A stretch of 64,000 bases of DNA from an uncultured Chlamydiae bacterium (GTDB taxonomy: Bacteria; Chlamydiota; Chlamydiia; Chlamydiales; Parachlamydiaceae). Shown here piece by piece: positions 39,110 through 47,467 of this stretch (its first letter is position 1; the number at the start of each line of letters is the position of its first letter). The stretch covers positions 64,001 to 128,000 of the forward strand of contig CAWHMU010000045.1 in the NCBI GenBank assembly GCA_963830365.1. Direction: 5' to 3'. Made by a program: the position numbers and the translations under genes. Below the pieces are notes generated by a model that did no database searches, had not been told where the DNA came from, and was given only the letters and a program-made list of their open reading frames with translations.

Positions 39110-40606
39110 TTAGAGCAGGAAGAATTTGAAGGCTTCGGGAAAGTGGTAGATGATGTCCGAAGCCATCACGCCATAAGATGTCATCTCCTCTGCGGCATGC
39201 TCGCCCGCCAGGCCATGCAGAAATACCCCCAAACAGGCGGCGTCATTAGTCGCCATGCCTTGCGCCAGCAGGCCTGTCAACAGGCCTGTCAGCACATCGC
39301 CGCTGCCGGCAGTGGCCATGCCGGGATCACCCGTCGGATTGACGATGTAGGGTTGATCTGGATGAATGATAAACGTCGGCGCGCCTTTTAGGACAAGCGT
39401 GACATTCTTGGCAGAGGCGAAATTGGCACAGGTGGCAAGGAATTCTTCAGTAAGCGCAGGATGGGTAGTCGTTTTCAACAGCCGCATCATCTCGCCATGA
39501 TGGGGAGTGATGATACAGCGCTCAGGGAAGGCAAGTCCCTCTTCAGCTATGATGGTGAGGGCGTCGGCATCAATCACACAAGGTTTCTTAAGCTCCGGCA
39601 GGATCGTGCGCAAAAGGTTGCGTACCTGCTGGGATAAGCCAAGGCCAGGACCGATGAAGGTAGCTGCCGCGCGATTCATCTGGTCGATAATTTCCTTGGT
39701 ATCCTCATAGTGGTAGGACAGGCGAATCAGTTCATAGGGGCTCATGGCAAGTTCTGCTTGCATGCCTTCCGGATGTAAAAGGCGGACGATGCCGGCGCCT
39801 CCCCGCAAGGCGGCGGTGGAGGCGAGCATGGCAGCCCCCGGCATGCCCGGGGATCCTGCCAGGCCGACCACGAGGCCGGCTTCATATTTATGGCGGTTGC
39901 GTTTGATGGGCGGCAATAGGAGCTGCACATCGGCATCAGACAGCATGCGCATATCGGAGGCGCAGCTTTCGATATAGTGCTTCGGCAAGCCGAAATCCAC
40001 ATAGCGCAGCCTGCCGACATATTTCCAGCCGTCGCCAAGGAAGAAACCCTTTTTCGGAAGCCCCAGAAAAGCCGTTTCGCGGGCGATGATGGCCTCGCCA
40101 GACGCTCTACCCGTCTCTCCATCAAGACCTGAAGGAATATCCACGGCAATGATAGGCAAGCCCGAACCATTGGCCAGTCGGATGAGGGCAGCATAGGGTT
40201 CCTCTACGGTGCCGCGGAAACCTGTACCGAAAAGTCCATCCACGATGATGCTATTAGCGGGAAATTCCGACAGGGCCTCTTCAGTCACGCGCCCTCCTTC
40301 ATTAAGAAAGCGCTCATAATTTATTTTGCACAGGTTACTGCCTGTGGATATCGGCACGGCCTGGATGGCGACGACGTCATAGTCCAAATGCAGCAAATGG
40401 ATGCCGGCGACATAGGCATCGCCGCCGTTATTGCCTTTGCCGCACAAAAGGACGACAGTGCGGTTGAGATTGTACTTTTCCACGAAATCATGCACGACCA
40501 GGGCCACGCCGCTGCCGGCTTCTTCCATGAAGTCGGATTCAGAGGACCCATTGCGGTAGGCCAAAGACTCCAGGGCAGACATTTGATGGCATGAAACGAC
40601 TTTCAT
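39110..40606 (-). CDS. nnr: Bifunctional NAD(P)H-hydrate epimerase/dehydratase (YjeF)
   Basis: CGKGNNGGD, VDGLFGTG, AVDIPSG, IDADAL, TPHHGEM, MATAGSGDVL. Confidence 0.96.
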   Translation of the reverse strand: MKVVSCHQMSALESLAYRNGSSESDFMEEAGSGVALVVHDFVEKYNLNRTVVLLCGKGNNGGDAYVAGIHLLHLDYDVVAIQAVPISTGSNLCKINYERFLNEGGRVTEEALSEFPANSIIVDGLFGTGFRGTVEEPYAALIRLANGSGLPIIAVDIPSGLDGETGRASGEAIIARETAFLGLPKKGFFLGDGWKYVGRLRYVDFGLPKHYIESCASDMRMLSDADVQLLLPPIKRNRHKYEAGLVVGLAGSPGMPGAAMLASTAALRGGAGIVRLLHPEGMQAELAMSPYELIRLSYHYEDTKEIIDQMNRAAATFIGPGLGLSQQVRNLLRTILPELKKPCVIDADALTIIAEEGLAFPERCIITPHHGEMMRLLKTTTHPALTEEFLATCANFASAKNVTLVLKGAPTFIIHPDQPYIVNPTGDPGMATAGSGDVLTGLLTGLLAQGMATNDAACLGVFLHGLAGEHAAEEMTSYGVMASDIIYHFPEAFKFFLL

Positions 40607-41601
40607 AGATGTTCTTCTTTTATAGTGCGTTGCATTAAGGCGTATACGGCATCGGCCGGCAGCATGTTTTCGTAAATGATTTTATAGACGATTTCAGTGA
40701 TGGGCATCGGGATATTCAGCTGTTTGCTGAGTTGCAGTGCCGATATACATGTGTATACGCCTTCAACGACCATGTCAATCTTTTCTTCGGCCTGCTTTGG
40801 CATGAGCCCCTGGGCTAGCAGGTAGCCGAAGTGGCAGTTGCGGCTGGTCAGCGAGCAGCAGGTCAGCACCATATCCCCCATGCCTGATAGGCCGTTCAGC
40901 GTCTCTGATTTACATCCCCTGGCCAGTGCCAGTTTGCGGATTTCATGCAGACCGCGCGTGATCAAGGCGGCTTTGGCACTGCTTCCCAGGGCTAAACCTT
41001 CTGAGATGCCGCAGGCGATAGCGATAATATTTTTCAGCGCAGCCCCATAGGCCACACCTTGAATATCGGAATTGGGATAGACGCGGAATGACTTGGTAGT
41101 AAAAACGTCACAGATTTGAAGCATCACTTCAGGACTGAAAGCCGATCCGACCACGGAGGTGGGAAGTCCGCGGATGACTTCTTGGGCGTATCCGGGGCCG
41201 CTTAGTGCGGCGACTTGTGGTCGGATGTGCTCTCCCAGTAACTCGACGGCAATTTCAGGCAGGATCAGGCCGGTGTTCTGTTCTATGCCTTTGGAGGTGA
41301 TGACGATAGGGCAGACAGGTATTTTGAGTTTGCGGATTTCCGCCAGCACGGGTCTTATGCCGGCGGCAGTGACGGCTTCGCCGATAAGTTCAGCGCCTTC
41401 CAGGGCTTCGGCAAGCTCGGTAGTGAAGCGCATCCCTTTTTGGGCCCTGTGTCCCGGCAGATGGGGGTGCTCTTGCTGGTTATTAAGACGCTTGGCAAGG
41501 TCAGGGTTTTTTGTCCAGCAGGTGACATCATGTCCTTTGGATGCCAGCAGCGACGCCAAGCAAAATCCCCAAGTTCCTGCCCCTAGGTAGCCTATTTTCA
41601 T
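40603..41601 (-). CDS. gpsA: NAD(P)H-dependent glycerol-3-phosphate dehydrogenase
   Basis: MKIGYLGAGTWG, SKGIE, ALKNIIAIACG, GLSGMGD; start ATG 41601 with GAGG RBS. Confidence 0.96.
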   Translation of the reverse strand: MKIGYLGAGTWGFCLASLLASKGHDVTCWTKNPDLAKRLNNQQEHPHLPGHRAQKGMRFTTELAEALEGAELIGEAVTAAGIRPVLAEIRKLKIPVCPIVITSKGIEQNTGLILPEIAVELLGEHIRPQVAALSGPGYAQEVIRGLPTSVVGSAFSPEVMLQICDVFTTKSFRVYPNSDIQGVAYGAALKNIIAIACGISEGLALGSSAKAALITRGLHEIRKLALARGCKSETLNGLSGMGDMVLTCCSLTSRNCHFGYLLAQGLMPKQAEEKIDMVVEGVYTCISALQLSKQLNIPMPITEIVYKIIYENMLPADAVYALMQRTIKEEHL

Positions 41602-41789
41602 ACCGATAACCTCAGTTCTATGATTATTATTAATAATACTAAATTTCGAATTCTTAATATAGAGGGAGTTGTCTATTTTTGGATATCTGGCGCATGTAAA
41701 TTGAAATTTTGGTTGCATATAAAGTCGCTAAGATCTAGAAAATGCTGTCTGAAGTAAGGGTTTCAAGGATAATTTAACGAGTCGATATC

Positions 41790-42977
41790 ATGAGAAAACA
41801 CACCACCTATTTATTTTTCTTTATTTTCCTTTTTGCAGCTTCGCTGCAGGCCGAGGCCAGCGCCAAGAAGTCCATTTGCCTCAATATGATCGTCAAGAAT
41901 GAAAGTGCTGTCATTCTAAGATCTTTAGAATCGGTCCTGCCGATCATTGATGCCTGGATCATTGTCGATACGGGATCGACCGATAACACCAGGGAGCTTA
42001 TCAGAGATTTCCTCAAAGATGTGCCGGGAGAGCTTTACGAGCGTCCATGGGTGAATTTCGGACATAACAGGGATGAGGCCCTGCAATTGGCCAGAGGGAT
42101 TACCGATTATATTTTATTTGTCGATGCCGATGATGCGCTTGTTTTTGATGACGATTTTGAAATGCCGGATTTGACCGCTGACTGCTATCTGACAGCCTCA
42201 TACACCTGGGGAAACAGCATGGAATATTATTTTCCACGCCTCATTAAATCCTGTCTGAATTGGCATTGGCATGGGGTCTTGCATGAATATGTGTCGGCAC
42301 CCGATGCGTGGGACCAGCAAGTGCTTGAGGGGGTGAAATACGCCTATCTTTCCGGCGGAGCGCGTTCAAGGGATCCTGAGACCTATCATAACGATATCAA
42401 GCTGCTTAAAGACGCCCTGGAAATTGAGCCGGAAAGTTCGCGTTACGTGTTTTATCTGGCCCAAAGCTACGTTTGTGTGGGCGACTGGGAAAATGCCCTG
42501 GAAACGTACACGCGCAGAGCCTCCATGGGGGGGTATGATGAGGAAGTTTTTTGGTCAAAATTGCAAATCGGCCGCCTGCAAGATAGATTGGGCATGGACC
42601 GCAAAATTGTAGAAGCCAGTTTTAATGATGCCTACAACTATCGCCCTACCCGTATCGAACCTCTCTATTATCTGGCTGCCAAGGCGCGCTGGGATGGCGA
42701 CAATAAAACCGCCTTCACTGCCGCGAGTAAAGGGCTTGACGCCGAAATGCCGAATGACGGTTTGTTCGTGGAGAAATGGATTTATGATTACGGCTTGCTG
42801 TTTGAATATTCGATCTGCTCTTATTGGGTGGGAAAATACCGCGAAAGTCTAAAAGCTTGCGATAAGTTGCTCGCGATGAGTGACCTGCCAGAGGAATATC
42901 GCAAATTCACCCAAGACAACCGCCAATTCGCCGTGCAGAAGGTGAAAATGCTTGATTTGGTAGAAAAGAAAAAATAA
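41790..42977 (+). CDS. GT2-family glycosyltransferase with TPR-like C-terminus and signal peptide
   Basis: ICLNMIVKNE, VDTGSTD, FVDADD, W.GVLHE, FYLAQSY. Confidence 0.88.
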   Translation: MRKHTTYLFFFIFLFAASLQAEASAKKSICLNMIVKNESAVILRSLESVLPIIDAWIIVDTGSTDNTRELIRDFLKDVPGELYERPWVNFGHNRDEALQLARGITDYILFVDADDALVFDDDFEMPDLTADCYLTASYTWGNSMEYYFPRLIKSCLNWHWHGVLHEYVSAPDAWDQQVLEGVKYAYLSGGARSRDPETYHNDIKLLKDALEIEPESSRYVFYLAQSYVCVGDWENALETYTRRASMGGYDEEVFWSKLQIGRLQDRLGMDRKIVEASFNDAYNYRPTRIEPLYYLAAKARWDGDNKTAFTAASKGLDAEMPNDGLFVEKWIYDYGLLFEYSICSYWVGKYRESLKACDKLLAMSDLPEEYRKFTQDNRQFAVQKVKMLDLVEKKK

Positions 42978-43079
42978 TATCCGTTTCTAAGATTATGCTT
43001 CGATATAGCCGCCATGGGGGGGCGCCCTGCCCCGCCATTTGCGGCGCAATTCGTCCGTGGGATAATAGACCGACTTCCA

Positions 43080-43331
43080 AATGATAGCGGTCAGACGGTA
43101 TTGGGCCTGACCCCCATTGCATCAATTTCCTTTTACAACCGGTATGCCCTCCTCTGCGTTGCCGCGTCTCATAGGAGGGCTGAAGGTAGCCATGCTCACC
43201 TTTTTTGACCGAAAAGGTGAACACCGCCTTATATGCTATTTTCTGGACGATCGTTACCCATCTCATTTTTGAAATAAATAAGTCAACAAGTTACGTCTGA
43301 CCCCTAACACTAACACGTCTGACCCCTAACA
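43080..43331. repeat. REP-like element with GTCTGACCCC cores (copy 1)
   Basis: TGATAGCGGTCAGACG...GGGCCTGACCCC...GAAATAAATAAGTCAACAAGTTACGTCTGACCCCTAAC..ACGTCTGACCCCTAAC. Confidence 0.75.
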
Positions 43332-43347
43332 TCTTTGGACCCTTGGA

Positions 43348-44932
43348 CTACTCCAAGTCGTATAGTGCACGATCTCTAGGATTGGATAAGCGCTCATATG
43401 CATTGGCTATTTGGCGGAACCTTTTGGTTGCTTTAGGATCTGCTGTGTTTTTATCGGGCCGAAACTTAGCTGACTGGATATCGTAGGCTTTTTTAATCTC
43501 ATCGGACGAAGCATCGCTAGAGACGTCTAACACTTGATAAAGGTCATTTTCAAAAAACAAAGATTTCAAGAGTCCGATGACGGGTAATTTTGAAAGTAGA
43601 CTCGAAGAGCGAACAGCTTCTCGCCTCATGCAAGCTACTTCTTCGAAGGCTTGAATAACCTCCTCAATCCCAAGTTTGTGAGCGAGGGTAAGCACAGCAA
43701 CAAGCACAGGCCTTAGCTTTGTTACACGTAGCGGTGATAGCTGCTGGAGTGCATTTACGGCCTCAGAAAAAGTTATTGTTTTAATATTCTTGATTATATT
43801 TTCATAAGGGTTGTTATAACTCCCCATCTGACATTGCCATCCGCAAGCTTTATTGCTGCCTATATGCTTGGCGTATATATCATATTCTTGAACACAAGCA
43901 TCATACAAGTGTGCATAAGCGGCTACTTTGTATAGCGGATGGGTAATGCTCCAGGCAATCTTTTCTGCCTCAACGTATGATTTGTGACTACAAGCCTCAA
44001 CCACCTTTTCAAATGTTGTATTAGCATGAGCATCTTCCAAAGTGGCCATTTTTTCCCGCAAGACCTGCACTTTGCTGGCTTGTTTCAGCATCGACAAGAG
44101 CCTTAAAAATGGGATCGTATATTTGTCTGCGCAGCGCTTTTGGGTCATGAAATTCATTCAAGTAATCGGCTAATTTTTCGGCAATTTCAAAGCGCTTTGG
44201 CTGATCGCTCTCTAATACTTTTTTGATTTGTTCATCAATTAGATCTTCAAACAAAAGCTTATTGACATCTTCTTGCATATCAGCACATCGGCATAGCCGG
44301 TACACGATTCTAGTAGTAGCCTCAAAATCGCCGGACAAGGCGATTTTGTTAAGAATTTTCTCAACAAAGGCTATCCTGCTCGAATCGACAAATTCCATAA
44401 GTTTGAAAAGATCTGAAAGATATCTGATATCTTGCCTTTTGATCGTACTGTCTATATAAGCCATCGCAAGCGAATGACTTTTTTCCTTGCGACCTTCTTC
44501 GGAAAGCTCCTCGTTGAAAATGCGCTTAGCTATTGAGAAGTCTAAGTCAGTCTTTATGAAATAATCGAATATTCTTGCAGCCATTTCCTGTTCTTGCTGC
44601 AAGCTCGAAAACTGTGGAGAGCATTGCCGCAGCGTGTCATAGACAAATCCTGGCAGAAAGTTGTTGTTGCTTATCTGTGATGAAAGGCTAAGAGCATCTG
44701 CACCCTTGTTCACCTGAGTCCCCGCATAAAGTCCTGCGTATACAGCACTTACCAAGCCTATGACGGCCAGGCCAACCAAAGCGATTTTTTTCAGGAGGCA
44801 TTGTGAAGTCCCTTCAAGCTTATTGATCCTTTTAGCCTTGGAAACGGCATCAGGATTACAAGTGGAAGTCTTTATAGGCAAATTTACCTGACATTGCTGG
44901 ATCGGACGGCTGTGCGCAGCTTGAACTGACAT
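43348..44932 (-). pseudogene. Effector-like protein with N-terminal TM segment and C-terminal DnaJ (J)-like domain, split by a probable frameshift near 44080-44110
   Basis: Overlapping ORFs 44021-45004 and 43348-44157; DLYQVLDV..DAS.DEIKKAY...RPDKN...F.QI.NAYE.LS.P..R..YD; GAGGAG RBS before ATG 44932. Confidence 0.7.
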
Positions 44933-45061
44933 AAAACTCCTCTTTACAGATATGAAGCTATTAAAAAACGATACAATATTAAATATGCATAAGAATGTTA
45001 ACATAAATAATTAATATTTACTAGTAAAAAAGATCAATTTACCAATTAAATTATTTACGAT

Positions 45062-45340
45062 TTATTTGGCAGCTTTGAAGTGGTCAAGCAGTCCTTGATA
45101 GGAATCTTCGATCATATTTAACACATGTTCAAAACCGGCTTCCCCTTCATAATTGGGGTCGGGGATTTCCTGATCGCGATAGGCGGGGCTATAGTGCGTG
45201 ATCAGTTTAAGTTTGGCCTTGTAAGCGGGTGTCGTGGCATACTGATACAATTCATTTAAGACTTTATGATCGGCGACTAAAATCAGATCAAAGCGATCAA
45301 AAATTGAGGGATGGATTTTCTGGGCGCGGCTGACCAGGAT
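45062..45340 (-). pseudogene. C-terminal half of a low-molecular-weight protein tyrosine phosphatase
   Basis: SRAQKI...FDLILVAD...EIPDPNY....GFE.V..MIE; the N-terminal CxGNxCRS P-loop is absent. Confidence 0.75.
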
Positions 45341-45380
45341 AAAGCCCACGGACCAGTCTTTGACGGACACTATGAAGCCG

Positions 45381-45480
45381 AATGATAGGGGTCAGTGATA
45401 GGGGTCTGACCCCTAGCATTTTTGAAATAAATAAGTCAATAAGTTACGTCTGACCCCTAGCAACGTCTGACCCCTAGCAA
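45381..45480. repeat. REP-like element with GTCTGACCCC cores (copy 2, shorter)
   Basis: TGATAGGGGTCAGTGATAGGGGTCTGACCCC...GAAATAAATAAGTCAATAAGTTACGTCTGACCCCTAGCAACGTCTGACCCCTAGC. Confidence 0.8.
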
Positions 45481-45482
45481 TT

Positions 45483-46169
45483 TGTGTCGGCGCCCGATGC
45501 GTGGGACCAGCAAGTGCTTGAGGGGGTGAAATACGCCTATCTTTCCGGCGGAGCGCGTTCAAGGGATCCTGAGACCTATCATAACGATATCAAGCTGCTT
45601 AAAGACGCCCTGGAAATTGAGCCGGAAAGTTCGCGTTACGTGTTTTATCTGGCCCAAAGCTACGTTTGTGTGGGCGACTGGGAAAATGCCCTGGAAACGT
45701 ACACGCGCAGAGCCTCCATGGGGGGGATGATGAGGAAGTTTTTTGGTCAAAATTGCAAATCGGCCGCCTGCAAGATAGATTGGGCATGGACCGCAAAATT
45801 GTAGAAGCCAGTTTTAATGATGCCTACAACTATCGCCCTACCCGTATCGAACCTCTCTATTATCTGGCTGCCAAGGCGCGCTGGGATGGCGACAATAAAA
45901 CCGCCTTCACTGCCGCGAGTAAAGGGCTTGACGCCGAAATGCCGAATGACGGTCTGTTCGTGGAGAAATGGATTTATGATTACGGCTTGCTGTTTGAATA
46001 TTCGATCTGCTCTTATTGGGTGGGAAAATACCGCGAAAGTCTAAAAGCTTGCGATAAGTTGCTCGCGATGAGTGACCTGCCAGAGGAATATCGCAAATTC
46101 ACCCAAGACAACCGCCAATTCGCCGTGCAGAAGGTGAAAATGCTCGATTTGGTAGAAAAGAAAAAATAA
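45483..46169 (+). pseudogene. Duplicated 3' part of the GT2/TPR gene, with a 1-bp deletion at ~45727
   Basis: Near-identical to 42290-42977; GGGGGGGTATGAT has become GGGGGGGATGAT. Confidence 0.93.
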
Positions 46170-46184
46170 TATCCGTTTCTAAGA

Positions 46185-47039
46185 TTATGCTTCGATATAG
46201 CCGCCATGGGGGGGCGCCCTGCCCCGCCATTTGCGGCGCAACTCGTCCGTGGGATAATAGAAGTGCTGGTCGACCTCTAAAGAGCTGCCAGTGTACGGCA
46301 GGCCGGAGACAGCCTCAAGCACCCTGCGATCGCTGGCCTGTAAAGCTTCGCTTACCGTCGCCGGGCTGTCATTGCCGCTGAAGTTTTTTAAAGGCGCAAA
46401 GCATGTTTCGCGCGGGAAGAGCAACGCCCCGACCTTATGAGCCCTTGGCAGCAGGTCGAAAATGAACGTTTCAAACTTCCAGGCTATGGGTGTGTCGGCC
46501 TGGATGGTGCGGCCTTGCGGGCCCAGATGTTTGACGGCTTTGAAAGTCTTATGTAGCGGCATGGGGGTGGGCATATCGCTGACCGCATGTTTGATGAAAT
46601 CCATGGCAAAGCAAAACAGGCTCAGGTTGGCGCAGGTGTATCGCAATGTGCCGTCGGGTTAAGCTGCTGTGGGCTCATTTTCTGGCAATTCCGAATATTC
46701 CACCAAGATGGGATGCTTGTCTTGGAGAGCTAAAAGGCCGACTTTTTCATGTGCATCGCAGCGCTTAGTGCATTTAACGGTGATATCATTTCGAGAGCGC
46801 TCCTGGCAGCCCAGCAGCTCGGCGTCAAAAGGATCGGCTAGGGGGTTATCGACCAGCACAAAATTGAGATGGCGGATGCCTTGCCCATGCCATTTCTGAT
46901 AGAGGCCACTGTGATAGAAATGGTGCAGCGCACCGCCGTTGCCAGCCGGTCCTTCAGCCAGCATGTATGCATCTTCCAGGAAAAGGCGTCCGGTTTGATC
47001 AAGCAGAGGCAGTGTCTCCTGCATGAAGAAATCAAGCTG
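46185..47039 (-). pseudogene. Duplicated 3' part of the UDP-GlcNAc pyrophosphorylase gene, with a nonsense mutation
   Basis: 46189-47039 aligns to 57381-58231 (851 bp); TAT to TAA at 46659-46661. Confidence 0.95.
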
Positions 47040-47067
47040 AAATTGTAGAACAAGCCTTAACGCGAGC

Positions 47068-47454
47068 TTAGTAAACGTCAAAGTTTGTTTTTAGATAATA
47101 TTGTTGCACAGCATCATCCGATTCAAACTCGGGCTTTCCGGCCACGCGCTCGCGGACATATTGCTCATAAACGTCTTTTGTAAGCTTGACAAGCTTAATT
47201 CTGCTGCCATCGGGAGTGATGATCACGATCTCTCTGGGCGGATTTTCTTCAGCTACAGGCAGCTTTTCAGCTTCCGGGATCAATTCAATCTCTTTGATTT
47301 CCAGGTAGGTACCTCTTGAGGTATCTCCCCAGGTGATTGTTTTTCCCGCTATCTGAGGTCTGATGGCAATGGGATTGAACAGCCTGTTATCTGAATAAAC
47401 ATAATAGACCATTTCATATTGCGTGGTATTGAGGTTTGCATTAAATTCGCTCAT
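47068..47454 (-). CDS. Small hypothetical protein immediately downstream of the ankyrin gene
   Basis: ATG 47454 with AAGGTG RBS, 13 bp after the upstream stop; 128 aa. Confidence 0.75.
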   Translation of the reverse strand: MSEFNANLNTTQYEMVYYVYSDNRLFNPIAIRPQIAGKTITWGDTSRGTYLEIKEIELIPEAEKLPVAEENPPREIVIITPDGSRIKLVKLTKDVYEQYVRERVAGKPEFESDDAVQQYYLKTNFDVY

Positions 47455-47467
47455 AATCACCTTAGTG

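Noticed and set aside
43268..45480. GTCTGACCCC repeats as a CRISPR array
   Set aside because: Only 2-3 short cores per cluster with spacers of about 7-35 bp, no regular period, and no cas genes in the window
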